Shown piece after piece: positions 20,501 to 30,557 of a stretch of DNA of 37,900 nucleotides. The notes below the pieces were generated by a model that saw only the letters and a list, made by a program, of their open reading frames with translations, was not told where the DNA came from and ran no database searches. The translations under genes were made by a program, and so were the position numbers. Position 1 is the stretch's first letter, and the number at the start of each line of letters is the position of its first letter. This stretch comes from Chrysochromulina tobinii (lineage: Eukaryota): contig JWZX01002783.1 of assembly GCA_001275005.1 (NCBI GenBank), forward strand, positions 1 to 37,900, written 5' to 3'.

Positions 20501-20602
20501 GACGCTCACCATTGGGTCTTGAGGAGCGACCTTGGTTGGGGCAAACCAAACGGTGGTCATCTTTGCCGGAGCACAACGATGCTCATCAACAGACGTCATC
20601 AT
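17548..20602 (-). CDS. Orphan multi-pass membrane protein with Cys-rich ectodomains and a Gly-Pro repeat stalk (3 exons: 20602-19433, 19294-19143, 19000-17548; 924 aa)
   Basis: Three ORF-track frames (19409-20716, 19091-19354, 17548-19071) join in frame through GT-AG introns 19295-19432 and 19001-19142 (total 2775 nt). About 6-7 hydrophobic segments, (GPGPV)n near the C-terminus, then a short Cys module. Confidence 0.72.
19001..19142 (-). other. Spliceosomal intron (142 nt) whose 5' end duplicates the downstream exon start
   Basis: GG|GTACGTCATCCT...GCATCAG|GTACGTCATCCT; phase 2, restores the hydrophobic helix AVGYVILASSALIALY. Confidence 0.75.
19295..19432 (-). other. Spliceosomal intron (138 nt) whose 3' end duplicates the upstream exon end
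   Basis: CTCGAGCTCGTCTCGCAG|GTGATGGCC...CTCGAGCTGGTCTCGCAG|TTTGTT; phase 0, contains in-frame stops and an internal 65-nt tandem duplication. Confidence 0.75.
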
Positions 20603-21261
20603 GTTGTGGTTTCTTTCTTCGTCAATGGCCAAAATACTAAAAAGACACCGGGGGGGAGCCGGGACACACACGGGACTCACGGGACACACGGACGCACAAA
20701 GGTACTCGGACCACACAGACGAACCTCACAACCATCCAAACTCACCAACAACACACACCCCGCACGTCAGCGCGACGACCGAAGCCGCGGCCGACTCAAC
20801 AGCCGCAGGCCCGGAGCCGACCGCTCCCCGCGGCCGACTCAGAAGAGGCCGCCCCCAGCGAACCCGACCCTGCCTCCCCCCGCTCCCAGAGCGCCTCCCC
20901 GCGCCTGCTCGAAAGCGGTCGGCGAAATGAAGGCGCGTGCGGCAGACGCGTAGCGGCCGGCAGTGCGGCCGGAGCCCCCGATAAGCTCGAGACGTGAGAG
21001 GCGGAGGCGGGCATGCGTACCGGTACCCCTTCCCCATGGTTTCTGAACCGGAAGGCACTCTGAAACGTGTTTAGGGCGCGCGCTGCGTTCATGGTTCTCT
21101 CTTCACAGGAGACGGCCGTGGTCTCAGTTCCCTCCCGGCCACTGCCGCCCGCCCACCCTGCGCGCTGTGGAGGAAACTGAGAGGCCTTCAGGCAGGGAGG
21201 GCAATGGGTCTGCCAAAGCCCAGTAGCTTCGGAGGTGCGCGGGCCGCGATCCGCAAACGCA

Positions 21262-22539
21262 ATGAGGCGACGCGTGAAGGTCTGGCCACCGAGTGGCACA
21301 CTGTCCAGAACCGTCAGCGCATCGGCGAGTCGCAGCCGCTTGCAGCGCTGCTACCACGCCCGGAGCGAGCAGGAGGAGCTCGCCGTGGATGAGATGGACG
21401 CCAAAGACATGCGCATGGCAGAGGTTGTGTCGCGAGAGCGCCACGTCAAGCACATGGCCGCCCTGCGCCACGAGCGCGAGGCCATCCAGGGCGAGACCGC
21501 CAAGCTGCGCGCGCTGCTCACCTCCGTACAGCTAGCTGCTGCTCATGACATGAGGGTGCTTGCCTCGACGCTTGCCTCGACGCTGCACAAGCCACCCGTG
21601 CGTGGCGCGGCGGCCGCCGCGGCGGCCGCGGCCGCTGAGGAACGACGTGCGGCCACACTTTCCGCGAAGCACGCACTCACCGAGCAGCTGCAGCGGCAGG
21701 CGAACGAAATGGAGGCGCTCGTGGCCCGTGCTGCCGCACAGGCAGCGCGGGCGCAGCGCGTTGCCGCCGCCGCCGCCATGCGGCGCGCGCAACTGCTTCG
21801 CGGCGCTCGACTGCACCGATGGGACGAGGCCACGCGCACCCTCTGTCCATGCGACCTTGCTCTGGTCGCTGACGGGCGCTGCTTGCAAGCCACCGACGCA
21901 GATCCGCTCCGAACTGGCCCGCCGCTGCTGGTGCCGCTGAGCCGTCTGCGCCGGCCGGCGCTGACCGCACGTACCCGCGACTTCCGCGCGGGCGGCGGCG
22001 GGCTCCCGCTGCACCAACCGTGGCTGTACTTCACCGTCCGCTGGGCGACCGCCGCGCCGCCGAGCGCAGAGTACCGTGGCGCAAGCGCGATGGGCGTGGT
22101 GGTGCACACGAGCACCGGCGCCGGCTCGGCGGCGCCACTCCATGCGCACTTTTGCGCGGCAACGCGTGCAGAGGCGGCTTGCTGGCTCCTCGGCCTGCAC
22201 GAGGTCGTGTGCGGGCACGAGCTCATGCGCGAGCGCGAGGTGGCCGAGGCTGTGGACGACGACGACTCCTACCGCCCGAGCTCATTCGAGCTCATCGACG
22301 ACGTGGACGTGAAGGGCGGGGCGGTGGCGGCCAAGATGAGCGCCGGCAGCCTCCTGTGGCAGCAGGTCGGGCTGCGCCTTGAAGAAGAGGCTCGGCTCAC
22401 GGGCAAGCGGCCGCAGGAGGTGCTCGCAGCCGCCATTCGCATGACTGTGGCTGACCGCGCACAAGTGGCGCGGGCGGCTGCCGTGACGGCTGCGCGTGGT
22501 CGGCGCCTCGAACCGGACCGAACCGAGCTGGGAAAGTAA
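21262..22539 (+). CDS. Coiled-coil protein with a PH-like domain
   Basis: Ala/Glu-rich helical N-terminal half, then a beta-rich region ending HFCAATRAEAACWLLGLHEVV (PH C-terminal helix with Trp). First in-frame ATG at 21262. The stop overlaps AA|GTAAGT, so a last exon ending at 22710 is possible. Confidence 0.65.
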   Translation: MRRRVKVWPPSGTLSRTVSASASRSRLQRCYHARSEQEELAVDEMDAKDMRMAEVVSRERHVKHMAALRHEREAIQGETAKLRALLTSVQLAAAHDMRVLASTLASTLHKPPVRGAAAAAAAAAAEERRAATLSAKHALTEQLQRQANEMEALVARAAAQAARAQRVAAAAAMRRAQLLRGARLHRWDEATRTLCPCDLALVADGRCLQATDADPLRTGPPLLVPLSRLRRPALTARTRDFRAGGGGLPLHQPWLYFTVRWATAAPPSAEYRGASAMGVVVHTSTGAGSAAPLHAHFCAATRAEAACWLLGLHEVVCGHELMREREVAEAVDDDDSYRPSSFELIDDVDVKGGAVAAKMSAGSLLWQQVGLRLEEEARLTGKRPQEVLAAAIRMTVADRAQVARAAAVTAARGRRLEPDRTELGK

Positions 22540-22994
22540 GTTAGACACCGGTACGGCGCGGTATAGCTCCCAAGCTCCCAAGTGCAGGGCTGTCACCACG
22601 AAATCTGCATCGACCAATTGTACATCGTTCATCGACGCAGGTATGAGGTAACGGGCCCGCGCAGGTATGAGGTAATGGACCCGATACAGCTCGTTTTGTT
22701 AACTTTTTAATGGTCACATCACATTCCTACAGTAGGGACCTATACCCCTCTATGAGAAAACGCGCCGTGCCGACACCACTCAGGTCGGGCTTCCGCCGCG
22801 CGTACACCACTATTCGGAGTTCGATCCCCTCCGATTCTTAGCCCAGATCATGCTACAGATCGAGTGACGAGCTCCCGAGCCCAACACCGGAACCCGGACA
22901 GCTTGGCTGAACCGAGGGACTTTCCTAAAAACACCAATCGCACGATACATCGGGGTCGGGTGTCAAGTCCGGTGCGCGGTCGTGGCGCTGCTTC

Positions 22995-24050
22995 TCAAAT
23001 TCCCATTCGTGCGAACAGCCATGGGGCGAGATGGATGATGTAAAGCGGCACCATGACGTATTTGAGGAACCGGAGCGAGGCGTACAGGGCCAAAGGCCGC
23101 TCCGGGGTGAGGAATGCGATGGTCTCAAAGAGTGCCATCAGCCCGACGTTTCCGAGCACTCCGCGCGCAACGCTCGAATGCATGTCGGTCGCGAAGACTA
23201 GTGGGTGCTGCTGCTTGAAGCTGACGCCTATGATGAGACCGGTCAGGACACCAAGCATCCCAGTGTACTCGCCCAGTGGGACGCCGCGTGGATCGAGCCG
23301 GCGGGCGCTGTATTTGCCGCGACAGGCGAGCCGACGCCACTCGTGATGGTCCAAGGGAGCCGTGGCAACCGCGTGCCGGTAGCAAAGGATGAGCGCCAAG
23401 ATGGCCACCACCAGCGGCACAGCAAGGGCAGCGAGCAGCGCACCCGGCTCTGACGGCGCGATCTCGAAGATTGCGGGTACCATATTGGCGTACACCGCTG
23501 CCGAGATGATGCCGACAGCAGCGCCCGCCACGACGTCAGATGGATAGTGAAGGCCAACGTGCACGCGTGAGAGCATCACAGCCGCGACGAAGGCGTACGC
23601 AGGCCATGCGGGGGTGACGCTGGTAGCCTCGGGGTGGTACGATGCGCTCACGAAGAACTGGGCCACCGCGCCAGCGAGCTGCGAGTGGGAAGAGGGGAAG
23701 GAGAACTCGTGGGAAAAGGCCAGCAGTCGAATGCGGCCGTCCACCCATGCAGGCCGGGGGCGTCGAATGAGCCACTTGACGCAGCCGTTGGCTATCTCGC
23801 TGAGCGGCACGAGCCAAATTCCAACAATGCATTTGTGCTGGTCTATGCACCAATAGAGAACGGAAAAAAGTGGCAGCAACCCTTTGCCGTCCACGCAGTA
23901 GCCCAAGATGACGGCAGGCACGTCGAAGACGCGCAGCTTCTGCAACGGGATCATGACAGCATCCCGCTCCAGCCGCGAGAACGAGTTGCCATCGTCGATG
24001 ATATCAACTTCCACTCCAGCACCGCCACCTCGAAGTGGCACTGAAGCCAT
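22995..24050 (-). CDS. PAP2-superfamily membrane phosphatase
   Basis: All three PAP2 motifs: KWLIRRPRP, FPSSHS, SRVHVGLHYPSDV; several TM helices. ATG 24050 (MASVPL) chosen because the upstream ORF extension overlaps the OPT gene end. Confidence 0.9.
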   Translation of the reverse strand: MASVPLRGGGAGVEVDIIDDGNSFSRLERDAVMIPLQKLRVFDVPAVILGYCVDGKGLLPLFSVLYWCIDQHKCIVGIWLVPLSEIANGCVKWLIRRPRPAWVDGRIRLLAFSHEFSFPSSHSQLAGAVAQFFVSASYHPEATSVTPAWPAYAFVAAVMLSRVHVGLHYPSDVVAGAAVGIISAAVYANMVPAIFEIAPSEPGALLAALAVPLVVAILALILCYRHAVATAPLDHHEWRRLACRGKYSARRLDPRGVPLGEYTGMLGVLTGLIIGVSFKQQHPLVFATDMHSSVARGVLGNVGLMALFETIAFLTPERPLALYASLRFLKYVMVPLYIIHLAPWLFARMGI

Positions 24051-24451
24051 GGGGAAAAAATCCTCCGAGGTGTGAAGAGCTCTGACGTTCACACTAAAGG
24101 AGCCTGAGGCGCGGCCAACACATTCGATGGGGTTTGCTCGGTGATTCGAGCTCTCCCGGACAAACAACGGACAAACCACACATCCGCTATACACACACCG
24201 CCCGCAGCCGCACGAGCAACGACCATCCATTCCGCGCCAACGAACAACTACCTTCGAACAGCGTGCCGACAAGATCATCAGGAAACCGGGCGCGGCCACG
24301 CGATCTAGCACCAATCGCAGAGCGTCACAAAAAGGGCCCGATATACCACAACCGCCACAACCACAACCGCAACCGCTCATGTTCATGGCGTCCAGCACAA
24401 GTAGCGACAAATGACTCGCGTCCCATGTGTGCCTTGAGAATAGCCGGCCGG

Positions 24452-26525
24452 TCACAGCCATATGTTCTTGAGTACGAGGGCAACAATCGACCAGAGGCCC
24501 TCGCCGAGGACGAGGCCCGATGCAACCACGAGCATGAGGTGCTTGTGCGAGTCCGGGTAGCAACGGCGCCATGCGAGCTCAAGGAGCGCGCCGAGCACGC
24601 GCGGGACGGTGAAATCAGGCGTGAGGTACATGCCGACGCCAACGGACATACCCTGGGGCAGGAGCTGCGAGAGCGCGTGCGGCAGCGTAGCCTCGAGAAG
24701 GGAGAGAGCGACGCCCGTCGCGGCAGCGCCCTTGGCGTACACAAGCGTCGAGGGAGGGAGCGCGCCGAGCCCCTGTTGCATCAGCAGCGCCATCTTGAGC
24801 CACACGGAGGCAACCGGCGCCTTGAACTGCGCGGAAGGGACGCCGTAGGCTCTCTGGTAGAGATTATACGCTCCGACGGTGACGAAGACCGACGCGGTGG
24901 CGCCAATGAGCTGGCCATAGAACTGGGCGCGCGGGTTCGCCTTGAGCAAGTGGCCCGCCTTCAGGTCCTGCAGCAGGTCGCCCGCTTGCATCGCGCCCGC
25001 CTCAGCGAGCGCGCCCGCGACGAGATTGGCCACCACGTGCCCGGGCGCCACGAGGGCAAACACTATCTGGGAGAGCTTGCCCACGCCCGAGACTGGGTTA
25101 AGGTCCGTCTGCCCGAGCGCACGCACGGCGAGGATGGCCACAAGGCAAGCGAGGAGGCCCGCCAGCAATATCTGGCCGGGGGGCAGGTGGAACATCGGCG
25201 AGAGGATCCCCACGCATAGTGCGAGCGCGGCGACGAGGCCGCACGCCCACCACGACGTCGGTACCAGTTGATTGGGTGGAGCCACCTCGAGCGGATCGGG
25301 ATTGAGCGGCGCAGCAGCGGTGCCGCCCTCATTCGTTGGCGCGGTCGTGGGGCGGCGCACCAGGGAGGACAATGCTTGCGAGACCACAACGAGCAGGAAG
25401 GCAGCGAGTGACTCGGCGACCATGAGCGCGATCGACACCCTACGCAAGAAACGAGGCACCTCAGCCCCACTCTCGTACAAAGGGCATCCCGAGGCAATCA
25501 CGAGGCGATCACGAGGCGATCACGAGGCGATCCGAGGCAGTTTCGGCGATCGGAGAACGCACCAGAGGACCCATCCTTGGGCGCCGTGCTCAATGTCGAA
25601 GATAGGCCCGGGTGCCCACTTGTTTGCACGCGCGTACGGTCCTAGGACGCCCCACGCGATCACGGCGCCTACGAGAAGGGAGAGGGCCGAGCGCGGCCCC
25701 ATGATCATGCCCTGACCCACGAGCGCCAGTTGCAGCCGGAGCGTCCAGCGCCACGTAGTAGCGTGCGGATAGCCTAGCCACGTAAAGATGGGAAGGGTCG
25801 CCTCGGTACCTGCAGGCCAGCCGAAGGACACGTAGGCGGCCAGACCGCTGGAGAGGGCAAACGAGAGCCCGAGGGCACGCCACGGGCTGTCCGAGGGCAG
25901 TGTGGGACGCCGCGCCTCCAGAGTGTCATATGCGCCGCCGGCGACGTTCAGGCCGTCCCCGCCATGGAGGGTGTCGATGAGCTTCGCGGTGGCGGTGCCA
26001 GAGGGGAAGGCAAGCTTCTCGACGAGGATGGTCTGGCGGCGCAGGGGCACGGCGAAGAAGATGCCAAAATATGTGAGCGCCGCACCCCAGGCAAGCTGCT
26101 CGCCGACGGACAGTACCACTGGTGGATTCAGCATGCCGAGAGCGGGCAAGATGCCGATGAAGCCTCCGGCGAGTGGCAGCGTGGCAGTGGCCACACCCAC
26201 CGTCTGCACCACCACGTTCTCGAGTGGCCCAAACGGCGGCATCAGGCTCGCCTTGAATGGCCGGAACATGCCGTAGCCGAGCAAAGCGCACTGGATCGAG
26301 CCCATCGTCACCCACCCCGTCTGCAGGCCAAAGTACATGTTTGTGAAGCAGAGTAACACGCCAACGGTGAGTCCGACAAACACTGCGCGCACCGTCAATT
26401 GCGGCCCGGCCCTGCGAGCATGAATCGCGGCGGTTGGCGTGTCAGCTCATTCGCGTGATGGCACGCCTCATTCGGGGGCGACTACGCACGGGTCACGGCC
26501 CTTGTGCCAAAGCAGCTGCCGCCAT
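24452..26525 (-). CDS. OPT-family (YSL-like) oligopeptide/metal-chelate transporter (3 exons: 26525-26497, 26411-25563, 25439-24452; 621 aa)
   Basis: QLTVRAV, NMYFGLQTGW, FGPLENVVVQT, LAFPSGTATA, GQTDLNP, DLLQDLKAGHL...PRAQF.GQ, ASGLVLGEG. Intron 25440-25562 (TG|GTGCGT...CGTAG|G) is well supported; the first intron 26412-26496 is inferred because exon 2 has no in-frame ATG. Confidence 0.9.
25490..25540 (-). repeat. Intronic 11-bp tandem repeat (TGATCGCCTCG) about x4.5
   Basis: Plus strand reads cgaggcaatca cgaggcgatca cgaggcgatca cgaggcgatc cgaggcag. Confidence 0.9.
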
Positions 26526-26883
26526 GGCCGCTCCTCCACGGCCTCGACGTCATCGCTCTCTGAATCTGAGTTTTTGTTCCCGACCAAACTGCGTCCCTCA
26601 CCCATTGGTGAGCCGCGGGTGGTGCGCTTTTGTGCTGGCTGTTCGGCACCACAGCGGCGGGAACGTGCTGTATGGATTCTGACGGCCTTTTATGGAGCCT
26701 CGGAAATCCAGAGATGGTGTGAACATGAACAGTCAGTCAGTAGCAATTTACAGGGGAGGAACAAATACTCCGCACGTTTGGAGCTGACCTTTTCACGACG
26801 ACGAAGAGTGTGTATGTTTTGTGCCGTGGGCTTTTTTTTCCCGGCCGTGGTCGCCGACCTCGGTGCCGCCGACCAGGTCAAGC

Positions 26884-28407
26884 ATGCCCAGGGACGTGCT
26901 CTTCCTCGCCCTCTGCTGGGCCTGCACGCTGAGTTCGACGACGCTGCTGATCACTGTCGGCCCGCTCTGCGCTCGCAACCAAGGCGCGAGTGATGCGGCC
27001 GCGCCGTTTGCAGTCGGTGCCTTCCTCGTCGGCGCCGCGGTCATCTCCGTGCCATCTGCGGATCTCTTCGCCCGTTATGGCCGACGCAACGTTTTCCTGT
27101 TGGGCTGCGTATTCAATCTGGTCGCTTCGGGTCTCGGGATCGCCGCCGTATTGCTTCACAATGTGGTGCTCGTATTCTGTGCCACGTTCAGTGCCGGCCT
27201 CCAGCAGGGCCTTGGCCAGTTCTACCGCTTTGCCGCGATGGAGGTGTGTGCTCCCGACAAGAAGCCGAAAGCTGTGACTCTCGTGCTTACGGGCGGCGTG
27301 ATCGCCGCATTCGTCGGGCCGGAGGTGGGACTGCGCACCGCCATGATCCTCGGCAAGGACGACGAGTACCTCGCCTCGTTCATCGCGGTTGGTGTGATAG
27401 GCGTTGTAAATTCGTTTCTGTGCTCGCTCCCCCGGTATCCACCGCCCCCGCCTGCCGCAAGCGCAGCGCTGCTCGAGGCGGAGCAGGGAGCCGCACCGCC
27501 GACGCCACCGATCCGGCTGTCCACGCTGATGCTGCAGCCGCGCTGCATGCTCGCCGTGTCGGTCGCGACGCTCGCGCATACGTCGATGGTGATGCTGATG
27601 AGCCCGCTGGTGATTGCGATGTCGAACGCGGGCTTCCCGAATGAGCTCACAACGATCACGCTCGAGACCCACTTCTTCTCCATGTTCGCGCCTGGCTTCC
27701 TCACGGGCAAGGTCATCGCCAAGCTCGGCCCACCCACGACCTCGATCATCGGCATTGGCATCTTTGGCGGCGCGGCGGCTGTGAATCTGCTCGCGCCCTC
27801 GTACACGGGGAACGCGATCAGCATGGCGCTATGGGTGGTGGGCATGGCGCTGTGCGGCCTCGGGTGGAATCTTTGCTTCTCGTCGGGTACCGTCATGCTT
27901 GCCTCGTGCTACCCTCCCGAGGCAGCAGCGCGTGTGCAGGGCGCCAATGACTTCATCATCTTTGCCATCGCGGGCATGGGCTCCTTCGGGAGCGGCTACA
28001 TCTACAATCTGTCGGGCGGTAACGTGGGCCAGGGCTGGCACGCACTCATCTTTTGCGTCCTCGGGATTCTAGGCCTCCTCATTGGCCTCCTCCTCGTCCT
28101 TACCTTCGCGCTGCGCAAGCCGTCGCCCGCGCTACCCATGGCCTCGGCGTTTGGATCCGATCGTGATGGCACCTCGATGGCCATAGAGCCGGGCCCGCCT
28201 TCAATGATGGACCCGGCCATGCTGGCAAGTGCCTCGCATGGTCTCGGGCGTATCTCGCGTGACAACTCGGTGCTATCCGTCTTTTCCGCCGTCTCGGGAT
28301 CGGCGTCCCGCGTCGATCTGCGGCGCGCGTCGTTCAGCTCCGAGGCGGTCTTTTTTGTCAGCGTCGACGACGAGTCCATCTCCGGGGCGGTTGAGGGCCG
28401 TGACTAG
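26884..28407 (+). CDS. MFS transporter resembling the RfnT riboflavin-transporter group
   Basis: About 12 TM helices; GQFYRFAAME, KAVTLVLTGGVIAAFVGP, HFFSMFAPGFLTGKVI, GLGWNLCF and QGANDF. First ATG at 26884; intronless. Confidence 0.85.
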   Translation: MPRDVLFLALCWACTLSSTTLLITVGPLCARNQGASDAAAPFAVGAFLVGAAVISVPSADLFARYGRRNVFLLGCVFNLVASGLGIAAVLLHNVVLVFCATFSAGLQQGLGQFYRFAAMEVCAPDKKPKAVTLVLTGGVIAAFVGPEVGLRTAMILGKDDEYLASFIAVGVIGVVNSFLCSLPRYPPPPPAASAALLEAEQGAAPPTPPIRLSTLMLQPRCMLAVSVATLAHTSMVMLMSPLVIAMSNAGFPNELTTITLETHFFSMFAPGFLTGKVIAKLGPPTTSIIGIGIFGGAAAVNLLAPSYTGNAISMALWVVGMALCGLGWNLCFSSGTVMLASCYPPEAAARVQGANDFIIFAIAGMGSFGSGYIYNLSGGNVGQGWHALIFCVLGILGLLIGLLLVLTFALRKPSPALPMASAFGSDRDGTSMAIEPGPPSMMDPAMLASASHGLGRISRDNSVLSVFSAVSGSASRVDLRRASFSSEAVFFVSVDDESISGAVEGRD

Positions 28408-28653
28408 AAAATCGACGTCAGCAGACAATTTGCGCTCCATCGTGCGCGGGGGCGCGGCTCGCGCGTGGCCACTGGCCTGCTAGTGCTACCGCCGCGGCTT
28501 CGCCACCGCGATACTACCTAGATACTACCGAGTAGCACATCCGGCGCGGACATCGGCGCGTCCTCGCATTCTGATTCTCCTTCTCTCACAGTGAGAATGC
28601 TTAATCTTACTTTCTTACATCAGACATGGTACATCGCGGACCGTCGTCACACC

Positions 28654-29514
28654 TCACCGCAGCGAGATCTTCGGAGCATCCAAGCCTGCGGCGATGCGCA
28701 CTGCGATAGACCCCCATTGAAGCACGAGAGCGGACGCGGCAAGCAGCAATATGGTGGAGGACGCCGGGTAGATGGCGAAGTTATTAATTTCCTGTGAGGC
28801 CAACCGCCTGTAGTATGGAGTGTTCTCAGCGTACTCGCCTTCGTTCAAGCACTGCTCCTGCTTCTGCCGCTGCTTCTTGACTGCAAACCGTGCGAACGAG
28901 AGGAAGTCAAACAGCTCCAGCTCGGTTTCGGCATTGGCGGCCAACGGTGCAGTGCAGTAAAAAGGGAACAGAGTCGATCGCCGGCAGAGCTGGGCATGGG
29001 CGCCGATTGGCACGCCGATCGGCACGCACATGCGTGGGCCGCCTGCATCGCCAGCACGCCGGGCCGCATCCGCTGCCGCTTGCCGCTTTGCTTTCAGCTT
29101 CGCGCCCAATTCGGCCATGGATGGGGTGCCAGGCAAGATGAGAGATTTGCCCGTGGGAGCCGCAGATGTCCCAGGAAACATCTCGGAGAGTGTCGGGTCC
29201 TTCTCTCCCTTTGCCATTGACACTGGAAGACGCGAGGCGAGCAGTTTGAGCAGCGATGCTTGCTCTTCTGTTGCACCCCCGTTCCTGTCGCATAGGCGTT
29301 GCGCCTTGTCCAGCGCGGCTCGCGCCTTGTCCAGCGCGTTTTCACGCATGAAGACAACCGCCTCCATGAGCAGCTCTTCAGGGGTGGGCGTGGCTGACGC
29401 GCGCGTCGTGAACGTCGAATGGCGTCGCGACGGGTGCAGACCGGGACTGAATGTCAGTGCAGCACAGCCAGAGGTGGCGAACACGATTAGAATCGTCATG
29501 AAGACGAACACCAT
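28654..29514 (-). CDS. Uncharacterised protein with signal peptide plus transit-like peptide
   Basis: MVFVFMTILIVFATSGCAALTF followed by a Ser/Thr/Arg-rich stretch and a helical domain. The internal exon structure and 3' end are uncertain. Confidence 0.55.
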   Translation of the reverse strand: MVFVFMTILIVFATSGCAALTFSPGLHPSRRHSTFTTRASATPTPEELLMEAVVFMRENALDKARAALDKAQRLCDRNGGATEEQASLLKLLASRLPVSMAKGEKDPTLSEMFPGTSAAPTGKSLILPGTPSMAELGAKLKAKRQAAADAARRAGDAGGPRMCVPIGVPIGAHAQLCRRSTLFPFYCTAPLAANAETELELFDFLSFARFAVKKQRQKQEQCLNEGEYAENTPYYRRLASQEINNFAIYPASSTILLLAASALVLQWGSIAVRIAAGLDAPKISLR

Positions 29515-29895
29515 CGCGCGCGTCCAATCGACGAGACCAAGGACTCTCGCGACCGAGCTCGGACCGTCCACCCGCTCTGTGTGAAACGGCTGTGAGCCGG
29601 AGCGTGCTACACCAACTCACAGTTGAAAAGGTCGTGCCTGCGTCCACCGTCGGTAGAAGACTATTATGTCAAATCTTTTCAACAGTCAGTTTCGTCGCGG
29701 TCCTCCCGCCCGCGCTCACCACCACCGTCTCGCAAAGCCAAAGGACGGCTCCGCATCAGCAAATTCGCAACGCCGACATACACGCGGTTCTACCTTAGGA
29801 CACATGTCTGTGTGTAACGAACACAACATAATCGGACGAAATAAATCATTTGCCTCGGCGTCGAGACGCGCATGCCCATGCGGGCCCATGCGCGC

Positions 29896-29923
29896 AGAGA
29901 GAGAGAGAGAGAAAGAGAGAGAG
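29896..29923. repeat. (AG)n microsatellite
   Basis: agagagagagagagagaaagagagagag. Confidence 0.9.
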
Positions 29924-30071
29924 AGCACAGCACTCCGAAGAGCTTTCGGACCCGGGGCCGAGGGGCTGAGCACAGGTTTCACCCTGTCAGTGTCCCCTCA
30001 GCCCGACAGTCCCCTCAGCTGTCCGCAAGCTTTCGTCGCTGCCACGTAGGGGGGGGGAAGGGGGGGAGACC

Positions 30072-30557
30072 TTACATGGCAAGCTTCATCTTGTCGGGAA
30101 TGCCGCCGCTGATCATGGAGGCCTCAATCCCCATATCGGCAGCCATGGCAGCCTGCGACGCCTTGATCGCCGCCTTGTCGGCAGCGGTCAGCGTCACCTC
30201 GAGCTCGCCCACCACCTTCATGCGCCGGTCTACCTTGGCGACGTTCTGCATCAGATCGTGCAACATGGTCCCCTCGAGGGTGTACTTGCACGCCTTCGGA
30301 TCCTTGGCCACCGCAACCGTCGCCGTGATCCCCGGCTTGTCCGCCTTAGCGATGGCGTCCAGCACAGACTTGTACAGCTCGGGGCGCTCGCTCGCAAACT
30401 TGGAGAGCTCCTCAGAGATGCTCGCGCCCTGCTCCGCGATCTCCTTCAAGCCGGCGGGCAGCGAGGGGGCGAGCGCGCTGGCCTTCTTCTCCATGGCCTT
30501 GATGTTCATCTGGAACGTGCACATGCCGCGGCGCCGGAGCATACGCGAAGCCAACAT
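30072..30557 (-). CDS. Small, probably mitochondrial protein (161 aa)
   Basis: Arg-rich, acid-free presequence MLASRMLRRRGM; ACC-ATG start context; almost all codons end in G/C. Confidence 0.8.
   Translation of the reverse strand: MLASRMLRRRGMCTFQMNIKAMEKKASALAPSLPAGLKEIAEQGASISEELSKFASERPELYKSVLDAIAKADKPGITATVAVAKDPKACKYTLEGTMLHDLMQNVAKVDRRMKVVGELEVTLTAADKAAIKASQAAMAADMGIEASMISGGIPDKMKLAM

Noticed and set aside
22800..22840. tRNA suggested by GTTCGATCC
   Set aside because: No A-box, acceptor stem or anticodon arm could be built around it.
22730..22990. RNase MRP/P RNA suggested by minus-strand GGAAAGTCCC at about 22915-22925
   Set aside because: No convincing complementary CR-V (GGGGCTnA-type) segment, and the required 5' domain would run into the PAP2 stop codon.
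24051..24572. N-terminal 174-aa extension of the PAP2 ORF
   Set aside because: Non-ATG start, overlaps the OPT 3' end, and includes GCGCGCGG from simple repeats; it looks like open intergenic sequence.
24134..25219. 361-aa plus-strand ORF and similar long antisense ORFs (e.g. 6795-7619, 17611-18435, 26878-27672, 35354-36544)
   Set aside because: Shadow ORFs opposite well-supported genes, expected in high-GC coding DNA.
30049..30066. G-runs as a functional G-quadruplex
   Set aside because: They read as a C-tract on the transcribed strand just after a stop codon; nothing beyond composition supports a function.
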